A stretch of DNA of 64,000 bases from Escherichia phage vB_EcoM_VR26. Made by a program: the position numbers and the translations under genes. Positions 40,543 to 49,659 of the stretch are shown here, piece after piece. The notes under the pieces are model-generated. The model saw only the letters and a program-made list of their open reading frames with translations. It ran no database searches and was not told the origin of the DNA. Location of the stretch: the sequence record NC_028957.1. One strand, written 5' to 3'. Each line of letters begins with the position of its first letter. Position 1 is the first letter of the stretch.

Positions 40543-40548
40543 CTTATA

Positions 40549-41466
40549 TTAAAGGCCAGCCAGAAGGTCGTCAAGACCATCATCAGAAGGCTCTGGAGTG
40601 CTTGGAGCAGTCGCAGTGCGTTCAGACTTAGCAGGTTTACTGGAAGTGAAATCTTCCATATCTTTATCAAAATCGTCCAGGTCAGCGCCCAGTTTATCAG
40701 CTTGTGCAGCAGCTTTAGAAGCAGCGCCGCCGAGAGCAGCCGTACCCATTACTTTAGAGAATTTCTTCTGATTCTCTTCAAGGGATTTAAACACCAGCAA
40801 TTCATTCAGGTCAGACATTTCGTCCCAAAGTTTTTTCTGGAACGCTTCATCATTGATGCCAGCGATTTCAGACTGGTTCATGAATTTGGAATCATCGTAG
40901 TTTTTATAACCGGAAACCATTTTAGATTTCAGTACGAAGTTTGCACCTTCAAAAGGACAAGTTACATCAATAGCTGTTTCGCCCATGTCAACATCGACTT
41001 CAACCATCTGGTTGATTTTGTCCATGATTTTCTTACCGAAGCGGTATTTGAATACTTGGCCTTCGTTAGACGGAACAGCAGGGTCTTTAATGACCAGGAT
41101 GTTAGCCCAGTAAGAAGTATTACGCTTCAGTTTACGATATTCGGATTCGTTTGTATTGTACAGGTCATTCTTATTCATGTACGAACACACAGGGCAGTTT
41201 TCATAGTCGCCGTGAGTAGAAGTACAGTTTTCAATATACCATTGACCAGCATTTTTAAAGCCGTGGTTAACCAACTTAATGAACGGAGATGGATTTTCTT
41301 CATTCTTAGAAGGCAGGAAACGAATAACCGCAGAGCCGACGCCATCAGTATCTTTCAGTTTCCATTCTTTTTTATCGTCAGAAGAGAAACCAGAACCACC
41401 TTTAAGTGCATTCAGGGAAGCGGCGAGGTCAGCTGGGTTTTTACGTTTAAACATAGACATAGACAT
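40549..41466 (-). CDS. 32: single-stranded DNA-binding protein gp32
   Basis: 305 aa; …[36 protein letters not shown]…[14 protein letters not shown]… matches T4 gp32 as recalled; zinc-binding Cys/His cluster, acidic C-terminus; N-terminus has an ATGTCTATGTCTATG repeat, so the start could be M1 or M5. Confidence 0.92.
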   Translation of the reverse strand: MSMSMFKRKNPADLAASLNALKGGSGFSSDDKKEWKLKDTDGVGSAVIRFLPSKNEENPSPFIKLVNHGFKNAGQWYIENCTSTHGDYENCPVCSYMNKNDLYNTNESEYRKLKRNTSYWANILVIKDPAVPSNEGQVFKYRFGKKIMDKINQMVEVDVDMGETAIDVTCPFEGANFVLKSKMVSGYKNYDDSKFMNQSEIAGINDEAFQKKLWDEMSDLNELLVFKSLEENQKKFSKVMGTAALGGAASKAAAQADKLGADLDDFDKDMEDFTSSKPAKSERTATAPSTPEPSDDGLDDLLAGL

Positions 41467-41517
41467 AGTGATTTCCTTAGATTATTTGATTTTAACAGTT
41501 GTTTTGATTACGTATTA

Positions 41518-41541
41518 ATTATACTTCAGAGTGATTGAAGC
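41518..41541 (-). promoter_or_regulatory. possible middle promoter for gene 32 (GCTTCA + 12 nt + TATAAT) inside the 3' end of gene 59
   Basis: Minus strand aacGCTTCAatcactctgaagTATAAT. Confidence 0.3.
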
Positions 41542-42194
41542 GTTATTTGACAGTTTTTAACCGTCTCAATGAAAAGCTTACGAGCTTCAAGAGCATCTAT
41601 ATTTAAGATTTTCTTATAAGCATTTAGTTTGGTTGAATACTTGTCCCAAACCAAATCGTTAGTCTGTTCATCATGTTTATTTATTATATGCAAAAATGAG
41701 TCAAGCAAACAAAACGTTTCAAATGAAATAACATTCGATTGGAGAAGTTTGAAAATATAACTTGTGTTCACTTTAGTATTATACTCGAAAATCTCTTGAA
41801 GCGATTTGACTTCGACTTTCTTACTGAAGTAATAGATGTTCTTTATATCATCTTCGTATACTTGTTTAATTCTTTTAAGTCTGCCGATGTATTCCCTATA
41901 AAATATCAGAGCATCGGCATCACTTATATCACCTATCCATGCATCCTGGTTCGCGACCAGGTTTGACATGAATATTAACGTTAATTCTTTGAGAGTGTAC
42001 TTATCGCTAAGCTTTTCGAAAAAATACTTGTCACGACGTTTTTGATAAGCACTATCGGAGATTCGCATGGTCCAGTTATATTTGATAATATCATAACGAC
42101 CCGAAAAATGCTGTTTGATGGATAAGTACAGTTGATATACTGATTTACCATTTATGTATCGGTTGTTATTTGGAGGCATGCGAATCGTAATCAT
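41526..42194 (-). CDS. 59: helicase loader gp59
   Basis: 222 aa; …YINGKSVYQLYLSIKQHFSGRYDIIKYNWTMRISDSAYQKRRDKYFF…ANQDAWIGDISDADAL… matches T4 gp59 as recalled. Confidence 0.9.
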   Translation of the reverse strand: MITIRMPPNNNRYINGKSVYQLYLSIKQHFSGRYDIIKYNWTMRISDSAYQKRRDKYFFEKLSDKYTLKELTLIFMSNLVANQDAWIGDISDADALIFYREYIGRLKRIKQVYEDDIKNIYYFSKKVEVKSLQEIFEYNTKVNTSYIFKLLQSNVISFETFCLLDSFLHIINKHDEQTNDLVWDKYSTKLNAYKKILNIDALEARKLFIETVKNCQITLQSL

Positions 42195-42511
42195 AACAAA
42201 AAGTCCAGCGTATTAGTTTTCTGTGTACGAGACATACTCGGACGAAGCAGGTTATCATCATATGCTTCATTCATAATCTTATCAATGATCCCCGCGGGGA
42301 TATATCGCGCAAAATTACCCTCAGGAACACCACGTTCTTCCAACCAGGCAGTCGTAGCTTCCAGATAAGACATTTCAGTTGACTCAACCATGGCTTCAAT
42401 ATCAAGCCCGTTTTGCTGCTTACTAATCGCCCCGGAAGGTGATTCAGTTTTCTGTGTATCAAAATTAACTAAAGAGGACATCATAGAGCTCCACAGCTTC
42501 GGTTTTTTCAT
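42191..42511 (-). CDS. 33: late transcription co-activator gp33 (start uncertain)
   Basis: Position between dsbA and 59 as in T4; alternative ATGs at 42580, 42511, 42484/42481; overlaps dsbA 3' end. Confidence 0.55.
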   Translation of the reverse strand: MKKPKLWSSMMSSLVNFDTQKTESPSGAISKQQNGLDIEAMVESTEMSYLEATTAWLEERGVPEGNFARYIPAGIIDKIMNEAYDDNLLRPSMSRTQKTNTLDFLL

Positions 42512-42734
42512 CTTCAAAACGCTCACGAGTACCTTTATGATACAAGCCGAGCTGTGTATTGAACATCTTACCGTCAACACCTAATTCAGTTTTTGCCTTA
42601 TCTTTAAGGTCTTTAATTTCGTCCGCGTATGCTTCCATTTTTAATTTAGTATCGGAAGCAGCTTTAATCAGTTTGGCCAGTTCAGCGCCGTGAGTATCAG
42701 GACAAAATTCAACTTTCACTTTTTTCTCTTTCAT
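42465..42734 (-). CDS. dsbA: DsbA double-stranded DNA-binding protein (late transcription enhancer)
   Basis: 89 aa, same length as T4 DsbA as recalled; position between rnh and 33. Confidence 0.7.
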   Translation of the reverse strand: MKEKKVKVEFCPDTHGAELAKLIKAASDTKLKMEAYADEIKDLKDKAKTELGVDGKMFNTQLGLYHKGTRERFEDEKTEAVELYDVLFS

Positions 42735-42742
42735 AATATACC

Positions 42743-43687
42743 TTAATAAAATTCAGCAATATTTGCAGTTAGTTTAGACAGACCAGACTTAACAAAGTAA
42801 GGATAAACTTTACTTTTGGCTGGGATAGTGTAGTTATTATATCGTTCTAAGATTGAAGCGGATATTTCTGTTGGGATAAAGTCCATATCAATCAACAATT
42901 GGTTTTCACAGAATCTATTATATTGCTCTTCTGTTAAAAGCGTTTTCAGGACGTCATGGTCGTAATAGTTGAGCGCAATTTGTTCAAGCTCAGCAGCACG
43001 GGTCGGTGGAGTACGTTCCCCTTCTTCGTGAGTGTAATAAAAATCACCACGAACTTTGATGCTTGACACGTTATCTTTTTTGTCGCCTTTAACAACTTTT
43101 GTCACGCAATCCATAAGGGCATCGCCAGATTTTGTTTTTACATATTTTTTCTGCATCGGGGACCATTGTTTTACCCCAGGGAATTTATGCAACTGGGTAA
43201 AGTCGCCATCCGAAGAAACAATCATAACCGGATGTCCGAGACCGGTGAGCAACTTCGTTAAGACTGCAATATGGTCGTCTGCCTCAACTTTATCCATATT
43301 CATCACGATGTACGGCATGTATTTTTCCATTTCATCAATGATGATGTGCATGGCAGCATGTAGACCTTCCCAATCGAATTGAGACTCTTCACGAGCTTTC
43401 GCACGGTTTTTCTTATAATAATAAGATTTCGTTCGACGCCAATAACCATTCTTCGAGTTATCAACACAAATAATTGGAATCGTATAACCGAGCTTCTTGA
43501 ACTGCACAATATTTTTTCTGATGGAGTTCAGAACCAGGTGCCGGGTCATTGCGGTTGTTACCTTTGGATAACCAGCGTCTTTGCCGAATTCCTGGAAGGC
43601 TGCAGCCATGATGAGCTGACTAAAATCGAGTAACTGAAAACCATCTTTTTGACGGTCTTCTTCAGGGAGTAAGAAATCTAAATTCAT
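42743..43687 (-). CDS. rnh: RNase H / 5'-3' exonuclease (FEN-1 family)
   Basis: 314 aa; …DNSKNGYWRR…YYKKNRAKAREESQFDWEG…EADDHIAVL…VSSDGDFTQLHK…KKDNVSSIKVRGDF… matches T4 RNase H as recalled. Confidence 0.9.
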   Translation of the reverse strand: MNLDFLLPEEDRQKDGFQLLDFSQLIMAAAFQEFGKDAGYPKVTTAMTRHLVLNSIRKNIVQFKKLGYTIPIICVDNSKNGYWRRTKSYYYKKNRAKAREESQFDWEGLHAAMHIIIDEMEKYMPYIVMNMDKVEADDHIAVLTKLLTGLGHPVMIVSSDGDFTQLHKFPGVKQWSPMQKKYVKTKSGDALMDCVTKVVKGDKKDNVSSIKVRGDFYYTHEEGERTPPTRAAELEQIALNYYDHDVLKTLLTEEQYNRFCENQLLIDMDFIPTEISASILERYNNYTIPAKSKVYPYFVKSGLSKLTANIAEFY

Positions 43688-43744
43688 ATGTACCTCTGTA
43701 CAAGTAGTTAACTCAATTATATTAGCATAAAAATTTTAAAGCAA

Positions 43745-43752
43745 TATAAATA
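43745..43752 (+). promoter_or_regulatory. late promoter motif TATAAATA upstream of gene 34
   Basis: Exact TATAAATA 32 nt upstream of ATG. Confidence 0.5.
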
Positions 43753-43783
43753 CACATATACCAAATCAATAAGGATAAAGCAC

Positions 43784-46700
43784 ATGGCCGATATTTTAAA
43801 ACCAGCATTCAGAGCAACATCCGGTCTCGATGCTGCTGGTGAGAAAGTCATTAATGTCGCGAAAGCTGATTACTCAGTTTTGTCAGACGGCGTTAACGTA
43901 GATTTCTTTATAGAAGAAAACACAGTTCAACAATATGATGCAACGCGTGGATACAAAAAGAACTTCGCAGTTATTAATGATAACCGTATTTGGGTTGCTC
44001 AACGTGATATTGATGCTCCTGCTGGAGCATTTACCCCTCAGTATTGGTTAGCAACTCGTACTGACCCTAAATGGGAAACTGTTGCATCTCCGACTCGTCA
44101 GCTTAATTCGGGTGAATTTATCGCAGTTGACTCTGCTGCAAGCTTTACCACATTTACATTGCCTACAAACCCGGTCGATGGCGATACCATCGTTATTAAA
44201 GATATCGGCGGCAATGTTGGTTACAACGAAATTAAAGTGCAGTCAAGCAACGTACCAGGCGGCGGTAACCAAAAGATTGTTCGTTTTGGTAATCAGTATT
44301 CAGAAGTTTTAATTACCAAACCGTTCTCTTATAATATGCTTATCTTCTCGAATCGCTTATGGCAATTCTGGGAAGCTGGCAACGAAGAACGTGGCATCAG
44401 AGTAGAACCATCAACTGGTCGTTTCCATGCGCAAGCCGGCGACTTTATTATGCGTCGTTATACAACCGGTGCACCGATTACTTTCATTCTTCCTAAGTAT
44501 GCGAACCAGGGCGATATTGTCAAATCTGTTGATATCGATGGCCTGGGGCCAACATTCCACCTGATGGTTGAAACCTTTGACTCCAGTTCCAGTCTTGGTA
44601 AAGCTGGACAGCATCAAATGGAATTCCGCACCACGGGCGATGGCTTCTTTGTTTATAATGCCGCCGAAAAACTCTGGTATGTTTGGGACGGTGATTTTAA
44701 AACTCGTCTTCGCGTTATTCGCGATAACGTTAAACTTTTACCGAACGAAAGTGTCATTGTATTTGGTGAAGATAACTCAACTCCAGCGACGATTAATATC
44801 GATTTGCCAACGGATGTTTTGCAAGGTGACATTGTTAAAATTGCACTGAACTATCTCCGCAAATCACAGACTGTTAATATAAGAGCTGCTGCTGGTGATA
44901 AGATTGCATCTGACATTAAATTGTTGCAATTTCCTAAACGCTCCGAGTATCCACCAGATTCAACTTGGGTATTGGTTGATTCATTGACCTTTAATGGTAA
45001 CATCAGTTATACTCCAGTTATTGAATTGTCTTATGCCGAAGATAAATTGTCTGGAACAAGTTATTGGGTTGTTGCTCAAAACGTTCCGACTGTTGAGCGA
45101 GTTGACTCATTAAATGATTCCACGCGTGCTCGTCTTGGTGTTATTGCTCTGGCAAACCAGACTCAGGCAAACGTTGACCATGAAAATAACCCAGAAAAAG
45201 AACTCGCAATTACTCCTCAGACTTTGGCTAACCGTGTTGCTAAAGAGAACCAACGAGGCATTGCCAGAATCGCAACGACTGCCCAAGTAAATCAGAACAG
45301 TGATTTTGCATTTGTTGATGATGTAATTATTTCTCCGAAAAAACTCAATGAACGTACGGCAACAGAAACGAGACGTGGGCTCGCAGAACTCGCCACACAG
45401 CAAGAAACTGATGCAGGTGTAGATGATACCACAATTATCACTCCAAAGAAACTGCAAGCGCGTCAGGGCTCAGAATCGCTGTCCGGTATCGTGACTTACG
45501 TCCCGACCACTGGTGCAACTCCAGCTACTTCGCGTGAATTAAATGGTACAAACGTTTATAATAAAAATACCACTAATCTGGTAATTTCTCCGAAAGCTCT
45601 TGACCAATACAAAGCTACTTACACTCAGCAAGGCGCAGTTATTCTGGCCGTTGAAAGTGAAGTAATTGCAGGTACATCGCAATCTGGCTGGCCAAACGCT
45701 GTTGTTACTCCGGAGATGTTGCATCGTAAAACAGCTCTTGATTCCCGTATCGGTTTAATCGAAATTGCTACTCAGACAGAAACAAATGCAGGAACCGATT
45801 ATACCAGAGCCGTGACTCCTAAAACGTTAAATGACCGTAAAGCATCAGAAACGTTAACCGGCATAGCCGAGATTGCTACGCAATCAGAATTTGATACTGG
45901 AACTGATGATACTCGTATCTCAACTCCATTAAAAGTTAAAACTAGATTTAATAATACTGCTCGTACTTCTGTTAATGCATTAAGTGGTTTAGTAGAAACA
46001 GGGACGCTCTGGGACCATTATAACCTGAATATTCTTGAAGCAAATGAGACACAACGTGGTACGGCAAGATTAGCAACTCAGGGTGAAGTTAATACCGGTA
46101 CTGACGATAAAACAATCGTTACTCCGCTTAAATTGATGTCGAAAAAAGCCACTGAAAATGCCGAAGGTATTGTTCGCATTGCGACAAACGCAGAAGCGAC
46201 TGCCGGTACATCGAAAGTTCTGGCCATCAGTCCGTCTGCGCTGAAATATATTGCACAAACGGAAACAACCTGGGAAGCATCTGAAACACTGCGTGGATTT
46301 GTTCGTTTATCTTCTGGCACAGCTACTTCGGCCGCAACTACAACGACTGGTGCAGGATTTACATATGAGAATGGTGTATATACCCCGGACCCAAGTAAAC
46401 TGGTTAACTACGTAAAATCTGGCTATGCAGTTTCGCCTTACGAATTAAACCGCGTATTGCAAAACTTCTTACCGATAAATGCGATGGCTGTTAATGCCGA
46501 AAAACTTGATAGCCTCGATTCAACCCAGTTTATTCGTCGTGATATTGCTCAGACTGTTGAAGGTGTGTTAACTCTCACCAAACAGACAAATTTATCCGCT
46601 CCGGTTGTATCGACGAGCACTGCAGTGTTTACTGATGTAACGGCTGGCACTTCGACGTTCGGAACTGTGAATGTTGTTAATGGAACCAACAAGTGGAAAA

Positions 46701-47797
46701 TCACTGCTCCTTCCACCGGAACGACAATGACTATTGGCGATACGACTAACGTATTGACATTAAACACTGCCTCGGGCAATGTTGCTGTATTGAACAACCT
46801 TAGTGCCGGAAACGATGTTCAAGCCAAAAATAATTACGTTCTAAACGGTCGTACTATTGCAACCACGACGGGTGAAGCTTCTGGTGCAACTCTGGCCCTG
46901 GGTGATAACTCGCAGAATTTAGTGCTCAAAACTCTTGATGCTGGTAATATCATAGCAAATGGTGGCGGTGCATTTAAAGTCCTGACCGAGAAAAACGCTG
47001 TTGAGATTGTTGATAGAAACTTTGTTAACCAAGCGGGCGATACAATGTCTGGTATGCTCCGTGTGAATGCTCCGGTCCGTGTATTCGGTACGAAACCAAG
47101 TCTTATCGCACAAGCCCCAACTGCGGAAACTGTTGGCTTCTGGTCTGTTGATATTAATGATGAACCGACTTACAGTCAGTTCCCCGGTTATTGGACAATG
47201 ATTTTAAAACGTCAAATAAACATTGATACCGTTCAAACTAAACCGGCCGGTATGTCCGATGAAGTTTGGAATAGTTCTGGTTGGTTAACAGAAAACGGCA
47301 AGAATGGTAAATTACCCGGTGGACAAGAATTGGGTCCCGATGGACAACCGATTACACCACAGCCTCCGGTTGTACCAATTCATTATCGTAAACCAGATGG
47401 AACTTTAGGTGACCCAGTTAGTACACCAGAGGCTCCTATACGTGGTACATGGTTTGACTATTCAGTTCGTGACAAACAAATTAAATATCCTGGTACATTG
47501 ACTCAGTTTGGTAATACGCTGGATTCATGCTATCAAGATTGGGTTTGCTATCCTACTGGATTAAACGGTGGTACTATTCGTTATACTCGCACATGGCAGA
47601 AAAATAAATCAGCCTGGACGACTTTCGCAATGGTTTACACCGCGGATAACCCTCCGTCTGCAGAGGATGTTGGTGCATTACCGGCGGACAACACAACAAT
47701 GGGGAACTTGACCATTCTTGATTGGTTACGTATCGGTAACGTGCGTATCATCCCAGACCCGACCACTAAATCCGTTAAGTTTGAATGGGTTGAATAA
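43784..47797 (+). CDS. 34: long tail fibre proximal subunit gp34
   Basis: 1337 aa; repetitive fibre protein; synteny 34-35-36-37. Confidence 0.9.
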   Translation: MADILKPAFRATSGLDAAGEKVINVAKADYSVLSDGVNVDFFIEENTVQQYDATRGYKKNFAVINDNRIWVAQRDIDAPAGAFTPQYWLATRTDPKWETVASPTRQLNSGEFIAVDSAASFTTFTLPTNPVDGDTIVIKDIGGNVGYNEIKVQSSNVPGGGNQKIVRFGNQYSEVLITKPFSYNMLIFSNRLWQFWEAGNEERGIRVEPSTGRFHAQAGDFIMRRYTTGAPITFILPKYANQGDIVKSVDIDGLGPTFHLMVETFDSSSSLGKAGQHQMEFRTTGDGFFVYNAAEKLWYVWDGDFKTRLRVIRDNVKLLPNESVIVFGEDNSTPATINIDLPTDVLQGDIVKIALNYLRKSQTVNIRAAAGDKIASDIKLLQFPKRSEYPPDSTWVLVDSLTFNGNISYTPVIELSYAEDKLSGTSYWVVAQNVPTVERVDSLNDSTRARLGVIALANQTQANVDHENNPEKELAITPQTLANRVAKENQRGIARIATTAQVNQNSDFAFVDDVIISPKKLNERTATETRRGLAELATQQETDAGVDDTTIITPKKLQARQGSESLSGIVTYVPTTGATPATSRELNGTNVYNKNTTNLVISPKALDQYKATYTQQGAVILAVESEVIAGTSQSGWPNAVVTPEMLHRKTALDSRIGLIEIATQTETNAGTDYTRAVTPKTLNDRKASETLTGIAEIATQSEFDTGTDDTRISTPLKVKTRFNNTARTSVNALSGLVETGTLWDHYNLNILEANETQRGTARLATQGEVNTGTDDKTIVTPLKLMSKKATENAEGIVRIATNAEATAGTSKVLAISPSALKYIAQTETTWEASETLRGFVRLSSGTATSAATTTTGAGFTYENGVYTPDPSKLVNYVKSGYAVSPYELNRVLQNFLPINAMAVNAEKLDSLDSTQFIRRDIAQTVEGVLTLTKQTNLSAPVVSTSTAVFTDVTAGTSTFGTVNVVNGTNKWKITAPSTGTTMTIGDTTNVLTLNTASGNVAVLNNLSAGNDVQAKNNYVLNGRTIATTTGEASGATLALGDNSQNLVLKTLDAGNIIANGGGAFKVLTEKNAVEIVDRNFVNQAGDTMSGMLRVNAPVRVFGTKPSLIAQAPTAETVGFWSVDINDEPTYSQFPGYWTMILKRQINIDTVQTKPAGMSDEVWNSSGWLTENGKNGKLPGGQELGPDGQPITPQPPVVPIHYRKPDGTLGDPVSTPEAPIRGTWFDYSVRDKQIKYPGTLTQFGNTLDSCYQDWVCYPTGLNGGTIRYTRTWQKNKSAWTTFAMVYTADNPPSAEDVGALPADNTTMGNLTILDWLRIGNVRIIPDPTTKSVKFEWVE

Positions 47798-47805
47798 GAG
47801 GTAAT

Positions 47806-48936
47806 ATGGAAAAATTTATGGCAGAGTTTGGACAAGGATACGTCCAAACGCCAGTTATATCAGAAAATAATGCCGTTAAATTTAAAATGAGTATAGCAGG
47901 GAGCTGTACTCTTTCCACGGTGAAATCGTATATCAAATTTCAGGACGAACGAATCGGGCCAACTACTTTTGGTAATGGTCTGACTCTATTGGAAATTGAT
48001 ACAACTACGAATAAAATTGTTAACACGAAAAACTATTCATTAACCAGCACACACGATGCAATCAGTCAGGCATTAATTACCTTTGTGGAATCTGTTCCAG
48101 CCGGAAGATTAATTGCATTTATTTCTTCCGGTAAGCTAAATGCTTCACAGACATTAATTGACTGGATGCGATTAAAGGGGTCAAAGGCATTCCCTGAAAA
48201 ATGGCTAATCGACAAAGTTGACACATCTTACTCGGCATTCTATATCTCTGGTCGAAATGTAATCGTCTCCGAGCATGTAAAATATAACGATGGCAAATTT
48301 GTTGAAGATGTATCCACCCCATTAGAAGTTGTTTATGATACCTTTAGTGATATAGGAGCAACAGGCTATCCTGTGCGCATAACGGAAGACGAGAGCACGT
48401 ATTCATCAACAGGTGATGGAACACCAGCCACAATTAAAAGGTTCCCTAGAGAGGACCTGGTGACTCCTATGGCTGGCTACAACCTTTTGCCTTTGGATAT
48501 GCTTTATCTGAAGTTTCAGATGTCATTTGATGCTGCTCTGAAAGCCGCTGGGACTGTAAGGACTTCGGTTCGATTCTTTAAAAGCCCCAGCACCTCTCCT
48601 ATATCAAATACAAACATCGATATTGCAACAAACGTTCCAGCCGGTGCATGGGCGAGTTTTGAAAGATATGTCGAGATTCCAGCAGGTGCCGATGGTTTTA
48701 CAGTAGTAACGTCAAGAACTGTAGCTGTGGGAACTGGGTCAATACGTAATATTGTTATTGGTGAGATAACCAGAGACGACTCTGCGTTCAAACCAGCTGA
48801 ATTTGGTGTCAACGGCATAAGGATGTCATATGCAAACGATGCAACAAATACAGGCAATACAATTGTAACATTCCCTGATGCACAAGCTCCGCGTGCAGGC
48901 AAGATTTATGCAGCCGAACTTCGAGAAAAACAATAA
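47806..48936 (+). CDS. 35: long tail fibre hinge connector gp35
   Basis: 376 aa; size and position as T4 gp35. Confidence 0.85.
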   Translation: MEKFMAEFGQGYVQTPVISENNAVKFKMSIAGSCTLSTVKSYIKFQDERIGPTTFGNGLTLLEIDTTTNKIVNTKNYSLTSTHDAISQALITFVESVPAGRLIAFISSGKLNASQTLIDWMRLKGSKAFPEKWLIDKVDTSYSAFYISGRNVIVSEHVKYNDGKFVEDVSTPLEVVYDTFSDIGATGYPVRITEDESTYSSTGDGTPATIKRFPREDLVTPMAGYNLLPLDMLYLKFQMSFDAALKAAGTVRTSVRFFKSPSTSPISNTNIDIATNVPAGAWASFERYVEIPAGADGFTVVTSRTVAVGTGSIRNIVIGEITRDDSAFKPAEFGVNGIRMSYANDATNTGNTIVTFPDAQAPRAGKIYAAELREKQ

Positions 48937-48957
48937 GGACCTTCGGGTCCTTTTTTC
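48937..48957 (+). terminator. rho-independent terminator after gene 35 (ggacc-ttcg-ggtcc + TTTTTT)
   Basis: Hairpin immediately 3' of gp35 stop followed by T run. Confidence 0.6.
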
Positions 48958-48959
48958 GT

Positions 48960-48967
48960 TATAAATA
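48960..48967 (+). promoter_or_regulatory. late promoter motif TATAAATA upstream of gene 36
   Basis: Exact TATAAATA 37 nt upstream of ATG. Confidence 0.5.
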
Positions 48968-49003
48968 TTGAATAATGAATAAGCTGACCGAAGAGGATTT
49001 GAA

Positions 49004-49651
49004 ATGGCTGATTTAAAATTAGGTTCAACCGCCGGAGGTTCAGTCCTTTGGCATCAGGGTAATTTCCCTTTAACACCAGTTAGTAATGATGTATATTACA
49101 AAACTTATAAAATTTATTCCGAATATAATAAGCCACAGGCAGTAGATAATGATTTCGTTTCTAAAGCTCTTGGTGGTAATTATAAAGCAAACGTATATTT
49201 CGAACAAGGTCTGACCTTTAACGATTCAAATGGTTATGGCATTAAACTCGGAGCAAGAACAGGCGGTGCACCATTTACAGCTTCATTCCGTATAAAAGGT
49301 CCGTTTGGTTTCGAAACCGAAACAGGCACGCCATTTGTTATTTTTGACCCCGATACTACAACCGGAGCAAAACGTTTTACTGTTATGGGTGATACGCTGG
49401 CTCGTCAAGTTTATGATGATTCGGGTCGTGTATTTTCCCCAGGGAACACTCCGTCGAAAGCTCAAGTTGGTTTAGGAAACGTAACTAACCAGCAACAGGT
49501 AGAACTAAATAATAGTACATTACAATCAATGACAGGAAACTTGTCAGCGCCCAATTTTTTCTCTAGGAACCCTGCATCAGACCCGGCTCACGTGCCTCGT
49601 TTTGACCAAATCGTTCTTAAAGACTCCGTACAAGACTTTGGATATTATTAA
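49004..49651 (+). CDS. 36: long tail fibre distal subunit connector gp36
   Basis: 215 aa; size and position as T4 gp36. Confidence 0.85.
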   Translation: MADLKLGSTAGGSVLWHQGNFPLTPVSNDVYYKTYKIYSEYNKPQAVDNDFVSKALGGNYKANVYFEQGLTFNDSNGYGIKLGARTGGAPFTASFRIKGPFGFETETGTPFVIFDPDTTTGAKRFTVMGDTLARQVYDDSGRVFSPGNTPSKAQVGLGNVTNQQQVELNNSTLQSMTGNLSAPNFFSRNPASDPAHVPRFDQIVLKDSVQDFGYY

Positions 49652-49659
49652 GAGGCATT

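Noticed and set aside
40513-41538. 341-aa + strand ORF
   Set aside because: Exactly antisense to the well-supported gene 32 CDS; low-complexity Phe/Ser/Arg-rich translation; no RBS; produced by the codon bias of the opposite strand.
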